The translations under genes were made by a program, and so were the position numbers. DNA of 64,000 nt from Octopus sinensis (taxonomy: Eukaryota). This document shows positions 1 to 11,855 of this stretch, in pieces. Positions within the stretch are counted from its first letter, which is position 1. Each line of letters begins with the position of its first letter. The stretch is taken from assembly GCF_006345805.1 (NCBI RefSeq), contig NC_043003.1:1736001-1800000 (forward strand), read 5' to 3'. The notes beneath the pieces are model-generated. The model ran no database searches. It worked only from the letters and a program-made list of their open reading frames with translations, and had not been told where the DNA came from.

Positions 1-752
1 TAAAAGAAGCCTATCGTATTTATATATATAAACAACTTTATAAATAAGGGCAAAAGAAAAAAATTCCTCTGCCAAATATGCTGAGAAAGTAGAAATTGTT
101 TCAAAAAGGTCGTAGTTTATTTCGCTCTGGATATCCACTTTTATCCAATATACGTTCTGATGGAACTGGAAACCAAACTCCAAACAAAGAATGGAAACTG
201 AGACCCAGAACACGAGACAGAGCTTCATTTTGTTCTCTTCTGATAAAACTTCCTTCATTCATAAACGCTCAACCCTTTAGCATTCAGATTTCTCTTTTAT
301 ATTTCAGGCTTGCTTATTCAGATTGATGTGAATTAGTCATAATTGTTTATTTTAAAAATAATATTGTAGAGTAGGCGTAAGAAACTGGATCTAACCAGTT
401 TGAAGGTAAAACAGGTACAATACAAGGGGCCAGATATGGCTGGTTTAATTACTTAGAAGGTGACGAAAGTAAAACAAATTAATAGTTGTATGTGTTTTAA
501 AATGGCTGTCAGAAAGGAAAAAGATAAAATTTGAATTTAGAATAATTCAAAATTAAACTTGTCACTTGTGACCTAACCAAAGCAGTAGAGTGTTGGACTA
601 TGTTAGTTTTATCTCTTGACCAAGTGGATATTATCATTCAGTACCCCGATGTTGATACAAAAAATTACTGTAGTTAGTTTTAGTCCATAGAGCCCTGGTA
701 AGAAATCAGCATTACAATTGTCAAATAATTCTACTCCCATTTTCCCAATACG

Positions 753-793
<41 letters not shown>

Positions 794-931
794 CAAAATA
801 AGCAACAGGATATTGCTTATTTTGATTTTAATCACCTTACTTTGAAACTGTATGGATAATACCGTACTAAATTCTGGTGCCTCAACTCAAGTACCTAATT
901 CATCTGAATCTAAACTTTTGCTATATATATA

Positions 932-989
<58 letters not shown>

Positions 990-2600
990 GTACGTATGGC
1001 TGTGTGGTTGTGTAGTTAAGTTCCTTTTGTAACTCTGTGGTTTCAGGTTACTAGACAAAATGTTTGGAAGTCCAGAATATGTGTGTGATATTCACCATAT
1101 TTGATGCTACAGGGGGCATGTTAAATGCACCCCAATCAACATAAAAGAAATGGTTTTAATGCATTAAAGTATGTAATACTTAAAGCAGTTTCATAAATGG
1201 AACATGGGGGGAATTTCTGAAACATTTACAACAATAAAAAAAAAAGACATCTTATCTGTCATCAAATATGGTAAGTTCATATAAGGAAGATAATTTTCAA
1301 AAGGAACAGAACTCTGTAACCATTTGAGATCAGTGATATGAGTACCAGACATAGAAACTAGGTTGACATAATTGACCAAATCCGTTGAAGGTGACACCCC
1401 ATAATGATCGAAACCAGTAAAATAATAAAAGAAAATATTCAAAAAATAACATACCTACAACCATATTTGAGGGCATAAGAGATGTACAGGAATATTAGAT
1501 GCATCCATTTCAGCAGCGCATACTTAGAGAAGAAAGCTTTTGGTTTATCAAAGCTTTGAGAGACCCAACTTCACATTTAAGACCTGTGGTGATTTTGTTT
1601 TCTTGAGTAAAAATGTGCATCTTATATACCATCAAATACAGTAAGTCAATGAGTACTGAGTTAAATAGAGGATACCCAGGGGTAGCTTCCCCAATGCCTT
1701 CAGGGTAGGAGTCAAACTCAGTATTGTTGCAAGCTAATCAAATATTTCTTTGTTACTCAGCACCTTTGTTGCGTGTTTGTAGTGAGCAAAGAAGAACCAT
1801 TTACAGTAAGTCGAGATATCCTGTTTCCCAGGCACAACACAAGGGTCAGAGACAGAATATCAACTGATGGCAGCCCTTTTTTTACTTGTAAACCCTGTCA
1901 TAAAACCAGTGTTGACTTTCAGTATCACATGCACACAAATACATGAATCTGTGTTTGAGGCATAAAAAAAATCGGTTCAGAAATAAATGCCCCATCGAGA
2001 AGAAGCTGACAGTGGAACCTGAGGCAGTTCTGCAGCTCATTAAGATCCTGTCAAACCGTCCAACCCATGCCTGCATGGAAAACAGATATTGAATAATGAT
2101 GATGATGATGATGGCGATGGATTTGTTGCCAAAGAATGTACTATTGAGTGAATTAGATTGCTCATTCCAGTTGAGTTTTGGTCTCTACTTAACATAAACG
2201 GTTTCTTCAGGGGCCGAAAATGTAAGAACTTGTTTTCCAATGAATCTCCAAACAGAAACCAATCAAGAACAAACATTTTCCCACTCAAGGAGACACACAG
2301 ACATTTGTTTACACTTCACAGTTAAAACTGTAGGTGCACCAACGACATATTTTCACAAGCACACGCGTGCACACACACACAAGGGCAAGTGGACAAATGA
2401 AAGCAAAAGGCCCTCAACACATTTAGTAGGCTTACATACACTACTATTTAAAGCATTTTGATTCGGCTCCATGCGACTTAAAGTTTCACAGGCTTCTTAT
2501 TGAAACCTAGCTTATTGGGCTCAGATAGCTGAAAGAAGCCTATGACACTAAGATGCACAGATCAAATCAAACTGTTTTAAATAATAATAATAATAATAAT

Positions 2601-2963
2601 AAGAGCACTCAGAGAGCGCAAACCTCTGCCAGGGCAACACCAACGAACTCTCAAAATTTAGCCAGAGATGATTTTTAAAATCAGAATCTCTGAAATAATC
2701 TCGACTGCTCTCACAAACTAAAAATGAACCCGACTGCTCTCAAAAATTAAGTAAAAAAAAACAGGAAACATAATCCCGAATCCTTGTCTGGTACCGGATC
2801 GATCCCAGAATCTAATGAGTTTGTGCCAGTCACGAGGCCAAACATCCCTGAAAGTTTCATCTGAATCCATTGAACGGTTCTTGAGATATCTTGTCTCCAC
2901 GGACAAACAAAGAAACATGACTGAAAACAATACCTCCACCGCCTTCGCTAAGGCAGAGGTAAT
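2601..2963 (+). mobile_element. Non-autonomous Helentron/HINE-like (pearl-like) repeat; inverted 5' fragment of the same family at 3215-3254
   Basis: The 5' end AAGAGCACTCAGAGAGCGCAAACCTCTGCC matches the subterminal GGCAGAGG. Short ACAA repeat and a 3' hairpin (ccttcgctaagg). Classification is inference. Confidence 0.45.
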
Positions 2964-3722
2964 AATATACATCCCCCCCTACACATATTACGTTTAGGCA
3001 TTGCGAAATTAATAACCTGATGTAGAACTCAATATGCGTATGTTTCAGAATGAAGTGTCAGACGAGGACCGAGCAGTAATAAAAACATGAAATGACAAAA
3101 GAAACGGATGATTGTCTTACAGTTGTTTCTGCTTTAAAACCGCAGTGGACTCATAGTTGAGTGCTTGAATAACACCTTACAGCTTCATCAGAGCCTCAAA
3201 TATATATGTTATTAGTGTTGCCTTGGCAGAGGTTTGCGCTCTCTGAGTGCTCTTGTCACTCCGAAAAGCTCTACCTGCGACGATTTCATCTCAATCGAAG
3301 GGGAGGGGCTTTAAAGTACCAAGCTTTGAAAAAAGAGGTAAGTACTGGGGTGGATTTGTTCAACTAAAACCCTTCAAGGTGTTGCTCCAGCATGGCCGCC
3401 GTCAAATGACTGAAACAAGTAAAAAAAGAAAAATAAAGGATATGCAGGGAGGGCAAAGTGTGTGGGTCTGATCTGTTTCTCTCTCTCTTTCTCACTCCAC
3501 CTGTTTGTCTGTCTGTCTGTCTCTCTCTCTCTCACTCATATAAAAGGGACTGCATGTGTGGCTGTGAGGTAAAAATATTGGACTGCCCCCAAATCCCCAG
3601 CCGCCCACCCCCAACCCACCCCATCCAAAGTGAGGAATGAAGCAATCAACGTCAACGCCACTGGCTCAACCCAAACATTACTAATAAAACCAAATAAAAC
3701 AAAAGATGGAACATGGACTGAC

Positions 3723-3889
3723 ACAGGTTCGCATTAGAATGCCAGGAATTAAGTTGATCAAATGTCTGTTCCTGAATCATCTTTACATCAGCAGGAACCT
3801 GCTCCGTTTGCAGTTTGGTGTTCTGCTGCTGCCAGAAATCGTGCTTCCGTTGATAATCTTTCAAATCATTCAAAGTGCGTTGCAATGAC
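3723..3889 (-). CDS. TTC17: TTC17 coding exon (SLQRTLNDLKDYQRKHDFWQQQNTKLQTEQVPADVKMIQEQTFDQLNSWHSNANL); 3' boundary tentative
   Basis: Acceptor cttggcag|G restores the frame (R-SLQRTLN), resembling RSLQRTLNELKEYQKQHD. The donor is not certain; T|gtcagt at 3722 was chosen and alternatives exist. Confidence 0.8.
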
Positions 3890-4314
3890 CTGCCAAGAGA
3901 AGACCGAAAAATAAGTTGGAAAATGTGGCTCTTTTACCAAAAATATTTAAAACAAAAAAAAGATTGTAAAAAAAAAATGATTACTGAGTGGTTGGCATTA
4001 GGAAGGGCTTCCAGCCATAGAAACCTTGCCAAATCAGATCGGACCTTGCTGCAGCACCCCTAGCTTACTGGTTTTCAGTCAAACAGTTCAACCCATGCCA
4101 GCATGGAAAGTGGACATATGATGATGATGATGATTATATATATACATAGGCACAGGAGTGGCTGTGTAGTAAGTAGCTTGCTTACCAACCATACGGTTCT
4201 GGGTTCAGTCCCACTGCATGACACCGTGGGCAAGTGTCTTCTACTATAGACCAACCAAAGCGTTGTGGGTGGATTTGGTAGATGGAAACTGACAGAAGCT
4301 TGTTGTGTGTGTGT

Positions 4315-4960
4315 GTCATCATCATCATCATCGTCGTTTAGCGTCCGTTTTCCATGCTAGCATGGGTTGGACGGTTCTACTGGGGTCTGTGAAGCCAGAA
4401 GGCTTCATCAGGCCCAGTCAAATCTGGCAGTGTTTCTACGGCTGGATGCCCTTCCTAACGCCAACCACTCCGTGAGTGTAGTGGGTGCTTTTTACGTGCC
4501 ACTCGCACTGGTGCCAGACAGAGCTGGCAAACAGCCACGAACGGATGGTGCTTTTTATGTGCCACCGGCACGAGGGCCAGGCGAGGCTGGCAACGGACAC
4601 GAAACGGGGCGGTGCTGGCAACGGTCGCGAAACGGAAAGTTCTCTTACATGCCACCGGCACTGGTAACACATCTGCAATTTCCATTGATCGATTTCCATT
4701 GATCGATTTCGATTCTGATCCTCACTTGCCTCAACGGGTCTTCACAAGCAGAGTTTCGACATGCCACCGGCACTGGTAGCACATCCGCAATTTCCATTGA
4801 TCAATTTCGATTCTGATCCTCACTTGCCTCAACACGTCTTCACAAGTAGAGTTTTGTGTCCCAAGAAGGGAAGGTATGCATACGTAGGCTGGCTCCATCC
4901 CATGTAGAAGGCCACGGGTTATGGACTCACTTGTCCTGCCGGGTCTTCTCGCACACAGCA
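4315..4960 (-). mobile_element. RTE LINE 3' end (last codons of ORF2 plus 3' UTR), very similar to 21050-21760
   Basis: ORF-track translations at 4367/4731 are almost identical to those at 21310/21030 on the opposite strand. Confidence 0.92.
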
Positions 4961-5721
4961 TAAATATATGTATGTATATATATATGTATGTATACATATA
5001 TATATATGTATATGTTTGTGTGTCTGTGTTTGTACCCAACTCCATTGCTTGACAACTGATATTGGTGTTTAGATACTACAAAAATAGATACGAAAAAACA
5101 AAATAGGTAGGTGTGTGTGGGCTCTGAAAGGGGTCATAGGGAGTAGAGTCCTTGCCTTCCTGAGCTAGTTTTCCACCACATTTCTTAAAAATCGTGACAG
5201 AAGCCTTGGTCTCAGGACCACTCATGTCTAGAAACTGAGGTTGAGGGTAAGCAAGGGCATGCTCCCCGTAGAAAATCCAGCTCCAGAAAATGCTTTATGA
5301 CAGCAAAGGAGAAAGGGCACCAGCGCCAGCCCAAAGGTTGGGGTGAGCGGCACCTGCCTACCTCGGTTGCTATGGCATAGAGGAAGATCCGGCCCACCCC
5401 CGTTAACAGAGATAAAACCAGCAAATATGGTAGTTAAAACTCCTTCCTGAGACACATAGACTCATAGGGCTGGTTTCCTGATTTATGTGGTGTATATATA
5501 TTTATTTTTCCCTGGATAGGATGCCAAGCCATCACAGGAATACTCACTTTTGCCAACTGAGTAAACTGGAGCAACATAAAATGAAATGTTTTGCTCAAGA
5601 ACACAATGCGTTGCCTGGTCTAGGAATTGAAACCACAATCTTATGGTTATGATTCCAATGCTTCCGGCAACTCCCCCGCATACCTCCACCCAAATAGAGT
5701 AAATGAAAAGTCGAGACGCAC

Positions 5722-5861
5722 CTATGCTGAGCCTCCAACGCACTTTCAAGCTTTGCATGGCAGAGGACGGCATGTTTTCGTTTTGCTGCTGCTTCAAATT
5801 CTGGCTGGATTTTCAAAGTATTTTCAAAACATATCACAGACTTATTGTACTCTCCCAGAAC
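5722..5861 (-). CDS. TTC17: TTC17 coding exon, TPR region (VLGEYNKSVICFENTLKIQPEFEAAAKRKHAVLCHAKLESALEAQH)
   Basis: Acceptor ttcacag|GTT, donor CATAG|gtgcgt. Resembles MLGEYNHSVLCYDHALQARPGFEQAIKRKHAVLCQQKLEQKLEAQHR. 140 nt, phase 0 to 2. Confidence 0.95.
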
Positions 5862-6149
5862 CTGTGAATTAGAAGTGAAGACGGTTCTTTCATGAGGAAA
5901 CAACGAACCAACTCAAAGAAATACATCACATAAAACAAACAATGATAAAAAAAAGTATAAAATTTGGTTTTTAAACCAATAAACAAATAAAATCAATTTC
6001 CATTCTAGATGCAAGCATGGGTGTGTGGTTAAGAAATTCGTTTCCCAACTAGATGGTTCTGGGTTCAATCCTACTGTGTGACACCTTGTGCAAATGTCTC
6101 CTACTATAGCCTTGGACCAACCAAAGCCTTTTCAGTGGATGTTGGAGAC

Positions 6150-6337
6150 CAGCGTTTTTCAAACTTTTTTTGTCACAACCCATTTATTTCGTAATCCACT
6201 GAAGGGATCGGGACCCACAGTTCGAAAAGGCTGGTTTATAATCTGCACTTTGCACGCCCCCCCTTGCGTTTTTTCCTTTCCTTCTTTTTTGTTACATCCC
6301 ATTTTATTTATCTTGTGACCCAGTTTGAAAAACGTTG
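6150..6337. mobile_element. hAT-type MITE inserted in a tRNA-SINE
   Basis: TIRs CAGCGTTTTTCAAACT / AGTTTGAAAAACGTTG. SINE sequence resumes on both sides; TSD degraded. Confidence 0.7.
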
Positions 6338-6382
6338 TGGTAGATGGAAGCTGGAAAAGGGTCTGCTGTAAACATACACAAT

Positions 6383-6420
<38 letters not shown>

Positions 6421-7142
6421 CTGGTGTGTGTGTGTGTCTTTGCCTTGACATTGTGTGACAGCTGTAAATGAAAATCACAGTCATACAGTGATGTCCTTTG
6501 CTTCCAATATTCTATGAGAAAATGTCTGGCCATGAGTAAATATGACCTTGCCTCTGACTTGTGGAAGCATGCAAGGTTATGATGATGATGATGAATTATA
6601 ATTCAATATCAAAATAATAAGCAGTATGACTAAAAAAGTCGTACAAGTAGGACCAGTTGGATTACACACTAGTCATGATAATGAACATACTACGTAGAGT
6701 TGAAATAAACACTTGTGTACTATACAGACATACTTCATCATCATAATCATTGTACATCTGTGTTCCCTGCTAGCATGGGTGAAACGGTACCACAAGAGCC
6801 GGCTAGGCCGAAGCCGGCACCAGACTTCTGTGACTGTTTTGGCTGGATTTTGACAGCTGCACGACCTTCCTAACACCAACCACCCAGCAGATTGGACCAC
6901 TTGGATTCTTTTATTTGCTTCAGTTATTTGATTGCCATCATGCTGGAGCACTGCTTTTAGTCAAGCAAATCAGCCCCAGGACTAATTCTTTGTAAACCTA
7001 GTACTTATTCCACCGGTCTCTTTTGCCAAACCGCTAAGTTATGGGGATATAAACACACCAACATTGGTTGTCAAGCAATGGTGAGGAGACAAATACAAAC
7101 ACACAAACATATCCACACACACACACATATATATATATATGT

Positions 7143-7646
7143 TTGTTAGTTAGTTAGTTAGTTAATTTGGCTCAAAAGCAAATAGCAAGGCCATGTAGGG
7201 GGACATGGAGTTAAGTACAGGGTGGTGTTCATGCAAAGAGTTCAGGCCACTTGAGGTCCAGGGAGGCTTTGAACAAAGCGGTCGTCGGCATCTTCACCAT
7301 CTCGTCTGGCAGCTTGTTCCACGGATCCGCAACCCGGACGGAGAAAGCTCCTCTCCTTCGATTGAGATGAAATCGTCGCAGGTAGAGCTTTTCGGAATGA
7401 CCCCGCAGCCGACGCTCTGGAGCAGGAGTGAAGAACAGCTCTTTCGAGAGGTTACACTTTCCGCTTATGATGTTGTGGGTGAGAATGAGATCACCACGGC
7501 GGCGGCATTTTTCAAGAGAATAAAGGTCGAGCGTCCTCAGCCTTTCTTCGTAGGACAAATTTTTGAGACCATGAACCATGCGGGTAGCCAGCTTCTGGAC
7601 TCTTTCGAGATGATGTATGTCTTTGAGGAGATAAGGAGAAGAGGCT
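7143..7646 (-). mobile_element. CR1-like LINE 3' fragment with (TAAC)n tail
   Basis: Minus strand reads SPYLLKDIHHLERVQKLATRMVHGLKNLSYEERLRTLDLYSLEKCRRRGDLI...WNKLP, a typical CR1 ORF2 C-terminus. Confidence 0.9.
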
Positions 7647-7997
7647 ATATATATATATATGACGGGCTTCTTTCAGTTTCCATCTACCAAATCCACTCAC
7701 AAGGCTTTGGTCAGTCAAAGGCCATAGTAGATGACACTTGCCCACAGTGGGACTGGACCCAGAACCATGTGGTTGGTAAGCAAGCTACTTACCACACAGC
7801 CACTCCTGGCTAATTTATTGTAGATCCATGTTGGTGCTACGTGTAAGGCAGCCATGCTAAGGCAATGTAAGAAGCACCGGTGCTGGTGCCACGTAAAAAG
7901 CACCGGGTACACTCTGTAAAGTGGTTGGCATTAAGAAGGGCATCCAGCCACAACAGACAAATGGAATCTGGAGCAGCTCCTCTCAAATCATCTAATC

Positions 7998-8300
7998 CAG
8001 TCATTCCCAAACTTTTTCAGGCTGCTACCCACCCCCTTGACACTTGAGCCACATCCCCAGCCCCACCCCCTGCTCAGCATCTCAAACGTAAACCATTTTC
8101 TGCAGCAAATTCAAAACATCAGTATTTCACAAATAAAACTTAACCTAATTAACCCATTCTTTTGGGGATGGGGGTAGGTTACATCCATCCCCACCTTTTG
8201 GCCATCCTATTATTGCTCCACTTTTCTTCAATGCCCCTCTTGATCTTTCCACTGCCCACAGAGGGGAGGGGGGCAGTACCGCCCACTTTAGGAACCACTG
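7998..8300. mobile_element. hAT-type MITE
   Basis: Ends CAGTCATTCCCAAACT / ACTTTAGGAACCACTG, TSD atctaatc/atctaact. Confidence 0.75.
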
Positions 8301-9698
8301 ATCTAACTCATGCCAGCATGGAAAACAGACATACCTTTTATCTTTTACCTGTGGCCATGCTGGGGCACTGCCTTGAATTTTTAGTCAAATGAATCGACCC
8401 CAGTTCTTATTTTTTAAGCCTGGTACTTACTCTGTCAGTATCTTTTGGTGAACTGCTAAGTTACGGAATGTAAACACACCAACACCTGTTGTCATGGAGT
8501 GATGGGTAGATAAACACAGACACACACACACATATATATATACACGATGAGCTTCTTTCAGCTTCCATCTACAAAATCCACTCACAAGGCTTTGGTCAGC
8601 CCAAGGCTATAACAGAAGAAACTTGCCCAAGGTGCTATGCAGTGGGATTGAACCCAGAACCACATGGTTAGGAAGCAAGCTTCTTATCACACAGCCACTT
8701 GATGATTCAGGCATGGTTATGTGGCTAAGAAGTTCACTTCCCAATCGTCTCAGGTATCAGTCCCACTGTGTGACACCTTGAGCAAGTATCTTCTACCATA
8801 GCCTCAAGTAGACCAAAACCTAGTGAGTGGATTTGATGAGCAGAAATTGAAAGAGGCCTCCCATTTAGGGATATCATCATCATCATCATTTTTATGTCCA
8901 CTTTTCATCAAGAATCTTCTAAAGCCAGATGCCCTTCCTGACACCAACCCACCTCTGATTCCAAGTAATGTTTCCCCAGAAGATCAGAAATAAACACCTT
9001 CACTTGTATGACAATAATGCTCATTTACAACTGTCACATGATGTCTAGACAAGGGTACACACACACACACACACACACATACCTGGCTTCTTTTAGTTTC
9101 TGCCTGCAAAATCCACTCAGAAGGCTTTGATCAGCCCGGGGCTATAGTATAAGTGCCCAAGGTGTCGCACAGTGGGACTGAACCCAGAATCACATGGCTG
9201 GGAAGAAAGTGGCATGTGAAAAAACAACATTTGAGCGTGGTCGTTGCCAGTGCTGCCAGACTGGCTCCCGTGCAGGTGGCACGTAAAAGCACCCACTACA
9301 CTCGCAGAGTGGTTAGCATTAGCAAGGGCATCCAGCTGTAGAAACTCTGCCAGATTGGATTGGAGCCTGGTGAGGCCTCCTGGCTTGCCAGTCCTCAGTC
9401 AAACCATCCAACCCATGCCAGCATGGAACGCAGATGTTAAACGACGATGATGATAACGATGACGATAATATATACCTGCTATAATGAAGCCATAGCACAG
9501 ATCCCTAGATCTAACCTTAGCAGAGATCTTGGAACCTAAAGGTGGACCTACTACAGAACTTACCTATTCAATACAGCATACCTATTCAATTAGATCACAA
9601 GTGAACTAAACTCTTCATATTCAAATATACAAATATATATATATATATATATATAGGTGAGAAAGTTGGTTTGTGAAAGCATGTGGTTGGATGTTTAA

Positions 9699-9889
9699 AA
9701 AATAAAAAAGAGTGAAAAAACTACAGAAGGCTTGTGTTATAAGGTTAAAGAATATATTTAAGTCGTTATGTTAGAAAAATGTTATAAAATTTTGTGTATA
9801 GTAACAACATTTTTCTAACATAACGACTTAAATATATTCTTTAACCTTATAACACAAGCCTTCTGTAGTTTTTTCACTCTTTTTTATTT

Positions 9890-9890
<1 letters not shown>
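9699..9890. repeat. Perfect inverted repeat, 85-bp arms, 22-bp spacer
   Basis: 9699-9783 is the reverse complement of 9806-9890, with no mismatch seen by eye. Confidence 0.95.
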
Positions 9891-9933
<43 letters not shown>

Positions 9934-10301
9934 TATCCATGGGTGTGTGTGTGTGTGTATGTCACTGTGTACATGTTTGTCCATCACAACCAGTTGATAA
10001 TCGGAGGCTGAAATAATAAGCACCAGGCTTTTAAGAAAAGAAGTACTGGAGTTGATTCCTTCAACTGAAGTCCCTTCAAGGCAGTGATGCCCCAGCATGG
10101 CCACAGTCCAATGACTGAAACAAGTAAAAGATAGAAAGATAATATATAACAAGGTACTGTTGTTGGCAAGATACCAATCCAAGTGATAGCAAGTTTCCTG
10201 CATCTCTTTCAACAGACAACATCAGATTTACAAGAATTATGAAGGGACAAACAATAGAGAAAGTGAATCATGAGGAGATGAGCAAATCTGTCAGAGCTTA
10301 C

Positions 10302-10449
10302 CGCGTAGATGTTACCCAGAGTGAAGTGGTTAACGTTTAACTCCTTTGAGACATCAAGAGCTGCATGTACAACAATAGCTGCCTCATTAGAATAACGGGC
10401 CCTGTGCAGGACGTTAGCCAAACTAATCAGAGCCACATCCTTCTGCATC
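10302..10449 (-). CDS. TTC17: TTC17 coding exon, TPR region (MQKDVALISLANVLHRARYSNEAAIVVHAALDVSKELNVNHFTLGNIYA)
   Basis: Acceptor ttgttgcag|G, donor GCG|gtaagc. Resembles KDIALVNLANVLHRAHFSADAAVVVHAALD...TLGNIYA. 148 nt, phase 2 to 0. Confidence 0.95.
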
Positions 10450-11148
10450 CTGCAACAAATAAAAATAAGAAATAAGTGTTACCGGTGAGTGTGTTAAATT
10501 ATAAGACACAAAAAGAAAATGCCTCTCCCCAGACACAACAGAATATGCCTCAACACACGAACTCACATAAAGAATCTTGCAAACCAAATCTCAAAACAAA
10601 ATATATGTGAAGTGGTACAAAGGATTGGATAGGGTGAATAAGTCCGTGGGGGAGGGAATAGAGGAGAATGTCGTGAGTGGTGAACGTGGGTAGAGAGAAG
10701 GGGTGTTAGGGAGAGACTTATCAGGGGTAGATTGAGTGTAGGGACAGAGAGACGAATATCTCTTTAGGGCCTCAATTTTACTCAGTTTAGCAATTTAAGG
10801 TGTTGTCTCCCCTTTGATGATCAACATCTGAAAGTCATTTTTTTTTTTTTCTTCACTACTTTGTCCCACATCGTCGTGGGTCTTCTTTTTCCACAGGTTC
10901 CATCCACACTTAAAGATCAGCCCTTATTTTAAGCAGCTGTCCTCATCCATACACAACACATGACCTTACCAGTACAGTTTTCTCCATTGCACGCTACATC
11001 TGATGGCTCTTATGCCCAGTTTTTCTCTCAACATTTTGTCATACAGACACAGTGAGCCCATTGGCTTCATCTCCTTCAAGCCCCCCTCAAATAAAACTGT
11101 GAACCAACTGAAGTGAGTTACCGAGTAAATATCGAGGAGTTTACTTAC

Positions 11149-11258
11149 CTTGGAGAATAATGCAAAGCCCTGCGTAGACATTCAATAACTTGGTAGGAAT
11201 CTCCCTTGATACGCCAGTAAAATGCTGCCATGTTGAATAGAACCCAGGACGTTTTGTT
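11149..11258 (-). CDS. TTC17: TTC17 coding exon, TPR region (NKTSWVLFNMAAFYWRIKGDSYQVIECLRRALHYSP)
   Basis: Acceptor gtttccag|AAC, donor CCAAG|gtaagt. Strong resemblance to NTSSWVLYNMASFYWRIKNEPYQVVECAMRALHFS. 110 nt, phase 0 to 2. Confidence 0.95.
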
Positions 11259-11504
11259 CTGGAAACAATTTAAACAGATGTCAATAAAATCTACAAACTA
11301 TTTATCTTTTACTTGTTTCTGTCATGAGACTGCAACCATGCTGGAGCACCACCTTCAAGACCCCACTACTTATTTTTGTAAGCCTGGTACTTATTCTATT
11401 GGTCTCTTTTACTGAAAGGCTAAGTTACAGGGATGTAAATATACCAACACTGGTTGCCAACACTAGTGGGAGACAGACAAACAGACACAAACATATATAT
11501 ATAT

Positions 11505-11680
11505 ATAAAAAGCACCCACTACACTCGCGGAGTGGTTGGCGTTAGGAAGGGCATCCAGCTGTAGAAACACTGCCAGATCAGACTGGAGCCTGGAGCAGCC
11601 CCTGGCTCCCCAGACCCCGGTCGAACCGTCCAACCCGTGCTAGCGCGGAAAACGGACGTTAAACGATGATGATGATGATG
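11505..11680 (+). mobile_element. Representative solo RTE-type 3' tail (roughly 40 copies in the window, counted by eye)
   Basis: AAAAGCACCCACTACACTC..GGAAGGGCATCCAGCTGTAGAAAC..CCAACCC.TGCTAGC..GGACGTTAAAC(GAT)n, the same module that ends the RTE LINEs here. Confidence 0.88.
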
Positions 11681-11817
11681 ATATATATATATATAAATAT
11701 TTAAAATGGGGAAGGCTAGTTTATGGGATTACCTTAGGTTTCCTGTCCCTAAAAGGTTTACCTTTATGGTGTATCATCAGATCCCAAAAGCCTGTTGGCT
11801 CATGACCTCTTTTATAT

Positions 11818-11855
<38 letters not shown>

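Noticed and set aside
1191-1442. Next TTC17 exon
   Set aside because: No AG acceptor in place and no similarity to the expected downstream TTC17 sequence.
7205-7813. 202-aa plus-strand ORF
   Set aside because: Antisense shadow of the CR1 fragment running into a SINE.
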